NCBI RefSeq assembly: GCF_001194135.2
Contig: NC_068993.1
Span: 16,682,272-16,746,271, forward strand
Source: Octopus bimaculoides
Lineage: Eukaryota
Direction of reading: 5' to 3'
DNA length: 64,000 bases
Shown: piece by piece, positions 1-11,857 of the stretch
How positions within the stretch are numbered: position 1 is the stretch's first letter
How the letters are laid out: the number at the start of each line of letters is the position of its first letter
The notes under the pieces: model-generated
Database searches by the model: none
What the model was told of the DNA's origin: nothing
Seen by the model: only the letters and a program-made list of their open reading frames with translations
Made by a program: the position numbers and the translations under genes

Positions 1-324
1 TCTCAATTCTCAAGCATCCTTATTTTTCCAACCATTATATACATGGATTACCATTGAACTTCAAAAGCTCAAAGACAATATAATGTATTGGTATATTTAT
101 TTTTTTATATATTATTTTTTTTATATATTATTTTCTTCATTTTGTACTTCTTTGTAAAAAAACATTTTCATTCTCCCTCTTCTTGAAAATTTGTTTCGCA
201 ATGAAAACCGGTTAGAGAAATCTGTATTAAAATATGCTTCCAGTTTAGCATTCTGCCTTATTATTATTTTTCATTTTCCTATTATTTCTCCATGTGCGGT
301 TAACACAACCCCACTATTTACTGA

Positions 325-371
<47 letters not shown>

Positions 372-2135
372 ATATACATACATACATACATGCATGCATG
401 CACATATATTTCTTCTCTACTTTCCATTTGCAGTAATGGAAAGAAAAAATCGGAAAAGAAACATGCATGTTAGTATTAGCTTTCAGGATTTAAGAACCAT
501 TCACAGGAACAAGAATCTCCAGTGTTATTATCTCTGATAGTGCCACCGGAGTTGTTCACAGAGTTGTTACCATTCCATTCTTCTATGCTGCAATTCATGC
601 ATAATATTCATAACAGAAATGTCTGGCAGATGTTAACCACGTAAACACACCAAAATGTTCAAATTTTAATGGAACAGTGAACGGAGTAATGGGAGGGAGT
701 TTAAGGGACTCTCATATTTTAATTTCATGCCTTGCAGACGATTTCTCTTCATTTAATTCTTTATCATCACATTTATCACTTATCTTTGGTGACTTTCTGT
801 GTATTTCTCTCTTTTTTGCATTTATATATTTCTCATTCTCATAAATTTAATTCATTTTCTCTCTCTTTCTCTCTCACTCTCTCTCACTTTTTTCCTTTCT
901 TCTTGTCTGCTTTTTCTTTACCCTCTTAGTTTTCTACATAACTCTGTCTGTCTACTTGTCTCTCTCTGTCTCTCTGTCTGCCTCTCACACATGCACTATC
1001 CTCCTCAATTTTCCTTTTAAAATACCAACAAGCTTCTAATCACATAGACACAATTGTACACATGCACACAGATACACACACTATCTTTCTTTCTTTTTCT
1101 CACCCCCCCCCCGCCACTTCTTTCTACTCCCACACCTTGTCTTCCTCTAACCTGCACCTTATTCCTCCCAGTTAGACTTCTCTTCTCTCTTACCCTTCCC
1201 TCATAAAAATTGTATGGCTTTTGAGATGAGGTGGAACTGTTATTTGGTAGGATATATGGATCATTAATTCACTCCTTTTCCACTCTACCCAAATTCCATC
1301 GGTCTGATAAAAACCATCATGTCCCTTTGGGACACAAAAGAGAACTGGATGACAGTATCTAGTTAGATTCTTGTATCTTTTTAAACCTTAAATCATGACC
1401 AGAATAACTTAAGCCCTTTTGTTTTTTCTACTGTTTAGCTGTAGGTCAGAACTGGTTGAACAAACCTAATGGCATATAGTGAGCTAATTAACAAATGGAC
1501 CACCCATCTTCCCAACCACACACACATATGGTACATTATGATGTTGATTGAGGACTAAGGGTCTTAACAGGCAGTATTATCTACTTTTTTTTTTTTTGTA
1601 ACTGCCTGGGCTTGTCCATTTTCTTTTCTTTTTCCTGCAGCCCTTTTTTATTTTGTATGGCAATTATTGCATTCAGTCCGATGGTCAAACTAGACAAAGC
1701 TAAAAACAATCCAATTATGAACATCTGATCTTTTTTTTTTTTCTTTAAAACAGTAGGGTATGATTTGAGAGAAATTAGGCTGCTATTACTAGTAGATCAA
1801 GCGTTTTAGTTAGCAGTGGCAAGCAAGGTGGTCTCATTTGGAACATGACGGTAGTTGTTCTACAATTACCATGAGAGGTGTACATCTCTCACAGTGTTTG
1901 GAACTGATGCTGCTATTTTAAGCATTTTCTTTTTTGGTTTTGTTTTATCAGAGGAATTCCAGCAATAGCTCTCTGATCTAAAACACAGATCAGATAATTA
2001 TAACTGGAATGCTTTTGATCATGTCTACTCGATTATGGGTCTGCATAACCAGAGTCAATATGGGACTACACAACAATAATAATCCGCCCCCCCCCCACAC
2101 ACACACACACAAAAGGTAATAGTAAATTACCTTTT

Positions 2136-2537
2136 CTCTTTTACTTGTTTCAGTCATTAGACTGCTGCCATGCTGGGGCACCACCTTGAGGAATTTTTAG
2201 TTGAACAAATCGATTCCAGTACTTATTGTCTTTTTTTTAAAGTCTAGTACTTATTCCGTTATTTTCTTTAGCCAAACTGCTAGGTTACGGGGATGTTAAC
2301 AAACCAGCACCAGTTGTCAAGTGGTGGTGGTAGGGACAAACACAGACACGAAGACATGCACACACACACACACACACATATATAAATGAGGGGCTTCTTT
2401 CAGTTTCCAAATCCACTCACAAGGCTTTGGCTTGAGGCTATAGTAGAAGACATTTGCCCAAGGTGCCATGCAGTGGGATTGAACTGGAACCATATGGTCG
2501 GGAAGCAAACTTCTTACCATACACTTAAGCCTGCACC
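2136..2537 (-). mobile_element. tRNA-headed SINE, family A (internal CA/TG microsatellite), near full length
   Basis: Reverse complement of the copy at 10468-10900: head, 'gacatttgcccaaggtgccatgcagtggg' core, (CA)n tract and 'ttttacttgtttcagtcatt' tail. Confidence 0.85.
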
Positions 2538-2859
2538 AGATTGTATGTAAATTCTCCTTGACACTTTTTGTTTCTTTTCACAACAAAAAAAAAAAAACAA
2601 CTAAATAATTGTATCACAGACCTCAGTTTCTTGGATTCTAGACCTTACCCTAACAATATTCTTTAATTTAATTAATTTCTTTTCACTTTACTGCTCTCAG
2701 AGTATTTTGGTAGCAGATGGATTTGCTGACAAGTGGAATATGTCGCTTCTATAAGAAACAAAAGAGCTGACACTCCAATGTTGTGAGAGGTATGATAGCT
2801 AGGTGGTATAAATGACTAAGATGATATATATATGCTCACCTCTTCTGCCAAACCTTTCA

Positions 2860-3235
2860 GTGATAATAGCTTCCATTTGCCCATTCCTATGTGAAACTGG
2901 TCACTCATAACCTCATCCTAGTTCTCTCCAGTGGCAACTGGTGTGTTTAGCTACCAGCCTAGGCTCTACTACTCATCAAACTGAGAAAATCAAACTGTTA
3001 AAATATCAGTCACTCTCTGACAGGTTTATGATCAAACCTGTGGCAGTGGAGGCCTCCAGCGTTCTTGGCCCCTGTACTATATCTCTGCCCACTGCTATCG
3101 GGGCAGAGATGGCTGTCTGTAAGTATGAGCCCTGTGGGTCAAAGTGGTTGTTCTAGCACATCTCTCTTGCCAGCCTCCAAGACAATGCCATTTCCATTTT
3201 GTCTGCTGGGACCACAAGACAGTCTGACTTACAGG
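2860..3235 (+). pseudogene. Decayed C-terminus of an RLE-type (restriction-like endonuclease, CRE-like) non-LTR retrotransposon ORF
   Basis: Frame reads EKIKLLKYQSLSDRFMIKPVAVEASSVLGP...KWLF*HISLA, then after a frameshift QDNAISIL. This matches the remembered RLE motif E..K..KY..L....F.PVAVET.G..GP...WLFQRISLA.QRGNA.SIL. Confidence 0.65.
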
Positions 3236-4244
3236 AAATTGTATTGGAGGATGATAGAGATGTGACCCTCCTGATACAGGAAGGCCTCTAGGGATAATCA
3301 ATGAACCCCACTGTCCAAAATTTCCCTGAAACCCCAGGAGCAACTGCCCTCTCCAATTCTTTCTCTCCAACTCACAAGTCTACACTTAGAGAGGTATCAT
3401 CCACTCTTAACATTTTCGAAATGTTCGCCTATCTTTCAATAAACTCACTCGAGGACCTCCACTCTCAAATTCCTTTTCAAGTGAAACTTGAAGAAATCAA
3501 TGAGAGCAATAATAATGATAATAATAATAATAATGATGATAATAATCCTTTCTCTGCACCAGAGCCTGAAACTTTTGGGGAGGGGTTTTGTTAATTACAT
3601 CAATACCAGTGCTCAACTGGTTCTTATTTTATTGTTCCTGAAAGGATGAAAAGCAAAAATCAACCTCAGCAGAATAATAATTATTTCTAATAATAATTAG
3701 GGCCAGCACTTTTGAGGGTTGGGGGTGGCCATTTGTATCATCCCTGTACTTGACTAGCATATTATTTTATCAATCTCAGAAGGATTAGCAATAATAAAAT
3801 TTAAAAGAATTAATTTCACATAATTTAAGATGAATGTACTATATAGGCACGTTCAGGATATAATGACTGTAGATGCTGATTCTAGCTATAATTCCTGATT
3901 AAATGAGCTCATGCAGTCACAGTTGTGAACATATATATATGAGAGGGTGAGATAATTGACAAAGGATCTAAGCTCGTGGAGGTAGGGAACATTGCGTGAA
4001 TCTATATAGTGTAGCACATCAATAACCACCAGGTAGAGATGTTGCTGCTGCTTTTGATGATGATGATAATAATTTCATGTTTGCAATTACTTAGATCTTT
4101 ATAGGGTTGCTTGACCAACTACAAGCAGCATCCAAATTTCTTTCAACCTCATACTTGGACACAATAATTCCAGACCTTTTAATATTTGGTGTATGCTTTC
4201 AAGTAGATAAAAACACTTTGATGCACTTGGTACATAGTCTAGAG

Positions 4245-4555
4245 TAGGGATTCTCAACTGGGGTCTATATAAGATTTTTGAGTATCCACGGATGCAATAT
4301 AGTAAATTGGGGGTCCACAGTCATTTTTCAGGGGCCATGGAAAAACTGTGCTTCAGAACAGTAAAGTTTATGAACAATGAATTGGTTATACATCCACAAT
4401 AAACATAATATTTTAACAATTTTTATACAGGTCTTAATAATATTTAATCATTAAAATACTAAAGGATTTTTTAAGCATCGAATGGCAATGGGGGTCCACT
4501 CATGTAAAATAGGAATCAAAGAGGTCCATAGGTAAAAAATGGTTGAGAATCCCTG
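4245..4555. mobile_element. hAT (Charlie-like) MITE
   Basis: TIRs TAGGGATTCTCAAC (4245-4258) and GTTGAGAATCCCTG (4542-4555). 8-bp flanks GTCTAGAG / GACTAAAG match 6/8 and resemble the NTCTAGAN target. Confidence 0.8.
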
Positions 4556-4590
4556 GACTAAAGAAATGTATTTAAAAAAGGTTGTGTATT

Positions 4591-4940
4591 GGTGCAGTCA
4601 TGGTTGTGTGGTTAAGGATCTCACTTTGCAACCATGTGGTTTTGTATTCTGGCCCACTGCGCAGCACCTTGGGTAAGTGTCTTTTACTATAGCCTCAGAA
4701 TGATCAAAACCTTGTGAGTGAGTCTGGAAGTTGAAACTCTATACGTATGAGTTTGTCTACTGCCACCACTTGATAGCTGGTGCCGGTTTGTTTACATCCC
4801 CGTAATTTTGCAGCTCAGCATAGGTGAACAATAAAGTATCAAGCTTCAAAGAATAAGTACTGGGGTCGATTTGTTTGACTAAACCTGTCAGACAGTGGCC
4901 CGGCATGGCTGGAGTCCAGTGATTAAAACAAATAAAAGAT
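4591..4940 (+). mobile_element. SINE family A, diverged copy
   Basis: Head 'ggtgcagtcatggttgtgtggttaag', core 'gcaccttgggtaagtgtctt' and 3' tail match 10468-10900. Confidence 0.75.
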
Positions 4941-5020
4941 GTTTTAGTCTACAAATATAATGTAATCCACAAAATATTATTAAGTACTTATTCAATAAAC
5001 AATGCATATTTATCATGACT

Positions 5021-5230
5021 TATCTTTTACTTGCCTCACTTAATAGACTGTGGCCATGCTGGAGCACCATCTTGTTGAATTTGATTTTGTCGAATGAATT
5101 GACCCCAGTACTTACATTTTTTTAAGCTTGGTACTTATTCTATCGGTCTCTTTTGCCAAACTGCTAAGTTACAGGAATGTAAACAAACCAACACCGGTTG
5201 TCAAGCAGTGGTGGAGGCAAACACACACAC
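5021..5230 (-). mobile_element. SINE family A, 3' half, ending at the MITE in its CA tract
   Basis: Tail 'cttttacttgcctcacttaatagactgtggccatgctggagcacc' through to (CA)n. Confidence 0.8.
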
Positions 5231-5231
5231 A

Positions 5232-5442
5232 AGGGGTACTGAAAAGTTCCTGGCTTTGGGTAAAAGAAAATACAGGAGGATCAGTTAATTATGATTTTAT
5301 TCAACATATTCCCCTCACAGATTCACACACTTATTGCAGTTGTCCTTCAGTTTTTCTAAGCCCTGTAAAAGAACTCGGAAGATTGGGCCTCCAACCAGAC
5401 CTTTCATGACACCCTTAAAACCAGGAACTTTTCAGCACCCCT
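5232..5442. mobile_element. Mariner-like MITE (about 210 bp)
   Basis: 26-bp TIRs match 24/26: AGGGGTACTGAAAAGTTCCTGGCTTT (5232-5257) and AAAACCAGGAACTTTTCAGCACCCCT (5417-5442). No coding capacity. Confidence 0.8.
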
Positions 5443-6520
5443 TCACAGTGCTGAATGTGTCTGAAATGTAATTGAAAATAGGTCAGTTTCAAAACATTGA
5501 TGTCCAGGTGACAAAAGCAAAATTTGAAGGAAATATTAATAATTTCCTTTTATTTCTAGATAGAAGCAAATAGGAAATAACACTTACTGACCAAAGACAA
5601 AAACAAAATTGTTACAAAATATTGTGTATCTGGCACCAGAATGTCTGGGAAAGGTAATAGTGTTAGACTAGCATACCATCCCAGAGTAAAAAATCCTCTC
5701 ATCTTAATGTTACAGACACAGGAATAAAGTAGTGGACTTAAAATACCCTTTTAAGGCATAAGAGATAATTCTCTCTGTCTATATGACTCTGTCTCTTTTT
5801 CTTTTTCTTTATACATTGACTTGACTTAGTTTATGATGATTAAAAGCAAATGTTAATTATTTCTATTTAATCATTTACTATTCAGAATGAAGAGTTTCTT
5901 TCTTTTTACCTCTTTTAAATGATCTAAGTTTAAACAAAAATTTTAATTAGCATTATGCAATTATTGACAGTATTAATAAAGCCACAACAATGAATGTCAC
6001 TTAATTTTAGTACATTTTAGAAAAAAGTAGTTTAATTTTCATATTCAATATTTTACTTTAAATAATACAAACTATTAATAACCATTTGATTAGGTCATTT
6101 AAAGATCTTTTGTGATGAGTAAACAAAAGCTTATCAGAGATGCAATGGAGAAATTGTCCAATGATATAACAAAAAATAGAATGACATTTTAAGCCACAGC
6201 TGGTAAAGTTGCTTCCTCAGTAACTGAGCTCACCATGCTGTGAACATTTGCAATGAAGCTGGTGGCTATTCTGATCATTGTTGATCAAGGGCAGCTGTGT
6301 AATACTGCTGAAAGGATGGATTCACTGCTGGCCTATGAAGAACAGGGAAATAACCACTGTTGACATTTTGAATGCTATTATTCAACAGAAATACCACGTA
6401 CACTACCATTTAAAATTGATTTAGCTCTTTTGCATTTAAACCAGACATATTTGATCCAGATATTCTACTTGTTTTATATTCAAACTGGCCAGATCTAGGC
6501 TCTCACAACTATACACCTAT

Positions 6521-6820
6521 GTTGACCAAAGTCTTGTGAAAGGATTTGGAAGATGGAAACTGAAAGAAGCCTGTTGTATGCGTGTATGTGTGTGTGTCTT
6601 TGTGCTTGTTCCTCATCACTGCATGAAAACTGGTGTTGGTTTGTTTACATCCCCATAACTTAATGGTTCAGCAACAAAAGACTGATAAAGTTATTACCAG
6701 ACTTCAAAAAAAATTCTTAAAAACTTATGAACTGTGGTTGATTTGTTTGACAAAACCCTTCAAAGCGGTGCACCAGCTTGGCTGCAGTCCAATGACTGAA
6801 GCAAGTAAGAGATAAAAGAT
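6521..6820 (+). mobile_element. SINE family A, headless copy
   Basis: 'ggaaactgaaagaagcctgttgtatg' then (TG)n then the family 3' tail. Confidence 0.75.
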
Positions 6821-6989
6821 ATACGGCTGGTATTGTTTTGCTTAGTAATAAAATCAACTATATGAAGAATGACATACGAGTGTGATGAAATAGGCTTAAG
6901 ATCTATACACCAATAAAACTGAAAATATAAAGACTGAGTAAGCAGATAAAAGAAGTGTATCATTGAATGAGTACATACTGGAAGTTTAA

Positions 6990-7540
6990 ATATCATGAAA
7001 GTGATGGATCTTTAGAAAGTTAATATAATGAAAAATTTAAGAAGACAAATCTAGCCATAGAAATTCTTTGAAATGTGTGGAAACCGCATAGATTAGAAAT
7101 TCATATGAAAATTAAAATGTATACATCACTAGTGAGAAGTGTTTTTAGTGTGTGGGAGAGCCATGACATAACAATCAAACTATAGCTAATCATCTTAAAG
7201 TCTTTGAAATTAAAGCGTTATGAAGAATCTTGGAGATCAAATGCCAGAGTCTTGTGAGAAATGAGATGGTTCGAGACATAATAAAAGCACCATATATAGA
7301 TGAAGAAATAATGAAGATGGCAATGGTTGGGCCATGTGTTTCATTCTCAGTCTAAAGATCAACTAATATGTCAGGTAGTTAAAATGAGATAGTTCAAGAT
7401 ACCAAGAAAGGAAGACCTAGGCCCACTGGGGACGAGAAAATATGAAGAGAAAGAAGAGATCATGAACGAGCATAGGCCGAAACAGAAGTAGAGAAAAAGT
7501 GAGGTTGGTTAGAATATGTGGCCTTTTACATCAAATAGCA
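6990..7540 (+). pseudogene. RTE-clade LINE 3' ORF fragment, decayed
   Basis: Broken frames read NVWKPHRLEIHMKIKMYTSLVRSVF, LKVFEIKAL*RILEIK, WQWLGHVF and KGRPR, typical of the post-RT region of RTE LINEs. Confidence 0.75.
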
Positions 7541-7775
7541 TTGGAGGTAGTAACAGTAATAGGCATTTACAGATATAGTCACATCTTCAAGCATACTCAT
7601 AGATATGTTAATATGTATGTGTGTGTATGCATATTTTCAGAGTAGATACATCATAGAAAACCTAATTAGCTGCAGTATTTATCCTGAGATAGTATCTTTT
7701 ATAGACATATAGTGCTAGATAACACAATAATATAACAGCAGCAGCCGAAAATCATCCAGCAGTATTCATGACCAT

Positions 7776-7912
7776 TATTTACATTTGACGGATATTTGTC
7801 CTCATCTTTGTTGTTAACACAATGTTTCGGCTGATATACCCTCCAGCCTTCATCAGGTGTCTTGAGGAAATTTCAAACCTGGGTTCTCATTCCTAAGGTA
7901 TTTTTCGATGTT
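7776..7912 (-). mobile_element. Probable Penelope-like element terminal fragment containing a minimal hammerhead motif
   Basis: Minus strand contains GACAC-CTGATGA-A-GGCTG(N10)CAGCC-GAAACATT-GTGTT. No PLE ORF is seen nearby. Confidence 0.55.
7816..7861 (-). ncRNA. Minimal type I hammerhead-ribozyme-like motif, probably inactivated
   Basis: CUGAUGA and GAAA core, 5-bp stem II, 5-bp stem I. Stem III reads ACAU rather than the palindromic ACGU. Confidence 0.6.
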
Positions 7913-8656
7913 GGGTTGAATTTACTAAGAGCAGTGAGAAAAAGAAAAGATGGAGGGTACCCTAGGGAGTTTAGTGAGATAAAGGTAAGTGTTGGGTAGT
8001 GGAAGATAGGGTACTGTACTGGTTGGTAATAGAGCAGAGCAAATACAATGGAACAAAATTAGAGTAGAGCACATTGGAGAGGTGAGGATGAGGGAAGTCC
8101 AATGTAAGTACTAGGCTTACAAAAAATAAGTCCTGAGGTCAATCTGTTCAACTAAAGGTGGTGCTCCTGCATGGCCGCAGTCAAATGACTGAAACAAGTA
8201 AAAGAATGAAAGAATGTGTTGTTGCTGTTTAGCCACAGGTCGGTCCAGATGGAGCAAACCTATGCAAAAAACATTAAAGCAGTGATCATCCTGTTTTCAT
8301 TTCCAGAGTCCATCTATGTAATGTTGCATTAATCAGACATCATTTTTCAGCCAGTAAGATATGATTTAATGGAAATTTGGTTGTTATTTCTAGGCACCCT
8401 AATGACCTTCTTGGCATTTCTGCACTTATGTGTTTTAGATAAGTGATTCAATGTAAAACAAGAAATGATGGGTTACACCTCTTGAAACAAGAAATATCAA
8501 AATGATGAAACTGAAGATATATGGATATGTGTGTGTGTATGTATGTGTATGTGTGAATATATATATGCTTGTGTGTAGGTATATGCGCATACACATGCGT
8601 ATGATTATAGAAGTATGTGTATGTACTATATATTTGTGCATGTGTAAGTGTGCATA

Positions 8657-8699
<43 letters not shown>

Positions 8700-10374
8700 T
8701 TATGTGTCTATACATACATGTATGTTTATATATGCATATGTGTGTGTATTATAAAGCAGACATTGGAGCTCAACAAAGTCCAGCAGCTCCCTAGCTCCTG
8801 TCAAACCAGCCAACCCATAACAGCAGAGAAAATGGACGTTAAATGATAATGATTATAATGATGCTGCTGCTGATGATGATGATATATATGTATTTGCATA
8901 TATATATATGTGTGTGTGCACACTCAGACACAAGCACATATGTTCAGTACCTTGATGGTGATGGGTGTCTTCATACTTTGCTTTTATCTAAATTCACCAA
9001 CCAGTAAGCTGAAAATAAATCATTGCTAGTTTCTGTTCTATAGGCCAATGATATTTAGTAAAGGATGTACAGTAGATTATTGAAATGGAATAAATCTTAC
9101 CCTGGTTGACATAAGTTGAACTATTTTCCCCTGCCCCCACCCCATGCCTTTCCTCTCCACCACCCCACCCACATAAATTCCTTGCATCTTTTACAAATTG
9201 GAAATTCAAATTTACCACGCCACTCTAACTCATCAGCCAATAAAGTCTTCTTAAACAAGACACACACCTCGCTGAGATTCATATTATTTCAGCGGATGGA
9301 TGAATGGCCCAGTTAGTGGGCAAGAGAAAAGAGCTTATGAGATATTCACAAATGCAAACAACCAACATGTGCACACACATACAAACAAACAAAAAAATGA
9401 CATCCACACACTATATACAAATTCACACTGTCCAAGCACTTAAACCCATTTGTCCATTCTCAATCACTCTCTCTCTCTCTCTAACATACACACATACACG
9501 TGTACACATATTTACATACTATCATTTCAGAGTTACACACACATACATGCTCATGCACTCTTATCACAGTCCCACTCACTCATTCCCCCACACACACAGT
9601 CATTCATTTTCATTCAGTCGTTTATCACGCATACACTCTTGCACCAATCACACATGTACACACATGTACTAATAATTTCCAGATCATAGTTTCTGATAAT
9701 TTCCAAATCATAGTTTCACATTCACACACTAAACTCGTCCTCACTCATGTTTTGTTTACTTGCTGTCTCCTCTATGTAACATGCATTAAATCATAACCCT
9801 CAAAAACAATTCTATAAAATGACCATAGAGATGTGTGAAGACATATGAGATAGTGTAGTCCATGATATACTTTGCCTGAAAATGAAAAGCTGAGAAAGTT
9901 ATGATTGGAACAGCTTTGATTATAGGTTTGTTAACTTGGGGCTAAAAAACCATGCAGCACTTTTCCAGTTCATTCATAAAGATGTTGTTAAGACATTTTT
10001 ATCTTCAAACATTTTATAAATGACATCTAAAACGTTCTACAAATGCTAGAATTCACATTTTATGACCTTTCATTGTGAACATGGAAGCTAATGCAAGAGC
10101 CTCCACATGGTTGCTTGATCTGCTAGAGATAGTAACCAAATTGCCCTTATAGCACACCTGCCTTCTTGTGGGTTTGTTGTTATTAGTTACTTCTAGGTCA
10201 TCCCCAATTGAGAAGACCTATGGTCATTGGCATTTCAACATTGAACTACAGTAAGACGACATTGTCTTGTATGTACTCTCTTTTTAAGTATTGGAGTATG
10301 TTGGAGAAATTGTGCTGCTATTTCTAGTAAGTCAAGTGACCATACAGATGCTTTCACAATTACTCAGCTGTGGG

Positions 10375-11065
10375 TCTGTCTCAACCAGGGTCCATATGGC
10401 ATGTGGGAGTCTGCATGGCCCTTGGGGGTCCATATAAGATTTTGTTGTTAAAATTTATGTGCAGTAAGGCATAGGAGTGGTTGTGTGGTAAGTAGCTTGC
10501 CTACCAACCACATGGTTCTGGGTTCAGTCCCACTGCATGGCACCTTGAGCAAGTGTCTTCTACTATAGCCTCAGGCCGACCAAAGCCTTGTGAATGGATT
10601 TGCTAGATGGAAACTGAAAGAAGCCTGTTGTATGTGTGTGTGTGTGTGTGTGCGCGTGTGTGTGTGTATGTATGTATGTATGTTTGTGTGTCTGTGTTTG
10701 TCCCCCAACATCGCTTGACAACCAATGCTGGTGTATTTACGTCCCTGTAACTTAGCAGTTTGGCAAAAGAGACCAATAGAATAAGTACTAGGCTTCCAAA
10801 GAATAAGTCCTGGGGTCGATTTGCTCGACTAAAGGTGGTGCTCCAGCATGGCCACAGTCAAATGACTGAAACAAGTAAAAGAGTAAAAAGAGTAAAGAAT
10901 AAATCGATTATACATCTTCAATGCATAAAATATTAAAATTTTTTTAATACAATTCCTTATAATATATTGTAAATATATAATATGATTATTTAAACATTGA
11001 ATGATAACAAGAGTTCACCCAAGTAAAACAGGAATCAGAGGTCCCCACAGGCAAAAAATGGTCGA
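10375..11065. mobile_element. MITE related to 4245-4555, split by a SINE insertion
   Basis: Both flanks of the SINE resemble the interior of the 4245-4555 element ('gggtccatataagatttt', 'aaaacaggaatcagaggtcc...aaaaaatgg'). Confidence 0.6.
10468..10900 (+). mobile_element. SINE family A, best-preserved full-length copy
   Basis: A-box-like TGGTTGTGTGGTAA, B-box-like GGTTCAGTCCC, core 'gcaccttgagcaagtgtctt', internal (TG)n/(TATG)n and an AAAAGAGT-repeat tail. Confidence 0.9.
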
Positions 11066-11109
11066 TCTAAAGAATGATGTAGTATGAATGTAGTATGTAA
11101 ATGATGTAA

Positions 11110-11350
11110 AGAATGATGTAGAATGATGGTGATTGCGTCTCAGTAAGGGGAGGTATGGCTGATTGTGAATGTATGTAAAGGAATGTGTAGTGTGATGGGT
11201 GACTGTGGGTGTGTCTGTAAGGTAAGATGTGACATTATGGGTGATTGGGTGGATGTGGAGGAAGCTGTAGGTGCATCTATAAGGAAAGGTTTGGGATGAT
11301 AGGTGATTTGTACTTCTGTTCCGGAAGGTATGGCATGATGGAGTGGTTAC
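11110..11350. repeat. Degenerate GT-rich minisatellite (about 35-60 bp units)
   Basis: Recurring 'tgatgggtga(c/t)t...gtaagg...tgtg' blocks. Confidence 0.4.
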
Positions 11351-11723
11351 GGTGGTGAACTAGAGTAACAGCAGGTGGGAAAAAAATGTGGTGGTAGTGG
11401 TGGCAGGGGGTGGGGGTAATTAGATTAGGCATCATGATGTGAAGCTTGACTGATGAGATGAGGCAAGATAAAAATCAATTACAGATATACTGTTGTGCAA
11501 ACCCAGCCAACTCATGCCAGCATAGAAAACCAAACATTAAAATTGGTGTAGGCGGTTGTCGTCATGATAATGATCTCTCTCTCACATACATACACATTAA
11601 ATGTATGCTTGTATTTGTATATGTGCATACAAGGAATGTAATATATATTAGTGTGTGTGTGCATACATATACATAAGAATGTGTATATGTTTATAATCAC
11701 ATGTTCATATTCCTAATTCTCAG

Positions 11724-11792
11724 ACAACAGATAACTGCTCATACACCATGATCAAAAGAGGAGCAGATCTAAACATCATGGATGAACAAGCA

Positions 11793-11793
<1 letters not shown>
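11724..11793 (+). pseudogene. Isolated ankyrin-repeat-like exon or pseudo-exon
   Basis: Follows 'ttcctaattctcag' and reads TTDNCSYTMIKRGADLNIMDEQA(G). No GT donor follows; the sequence is CAGGATATAT. Confidence 0.4.

Positions 11794-11794
<1 letters not shown>

Positions 11795-11857
<63 letters not shown>

Noticed and set aside
487-640. Exon-like segment (ttagctttcag ... CAC|gtaaac) with one open frame FKNHSQEQESPVLLSL...
   Set aside because: No recognisable domain, a modest donor, and the opposite strand gives an equally plausible peptide. It cannot be supported without RNA data.
2701-2789. Strong acceptor and donor pair (ctctcag ... GAG|gtatga)
   Set aside because: Stops in all three frames. 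Similar all-stop pseudo-exons occur at 5560-5653 (+) and 8951-9008 (-), so such pairs look common by chance here. A lncRNA cannot be excluded.
6120-6400. Slightly GC-richer, coding-looking stretch
   Set aside because: Stops in all frames and no motif I could assign.
9948-10020. Peptide HKDVVKTFL resembling an ankyrin helix
   Set aside because: No TPLH or GAD motif, no splice sites, and its upstream part is the tail of an interspersed repeat.
10468-10545. tRNA-like sequences at SINE heads (also 28450-28522 and 43085-43160)
   Set aside because: They have A/B-box-like motifs but run into SINE bodies and lack a complete cloverleaf, so they are not tRNA genes.
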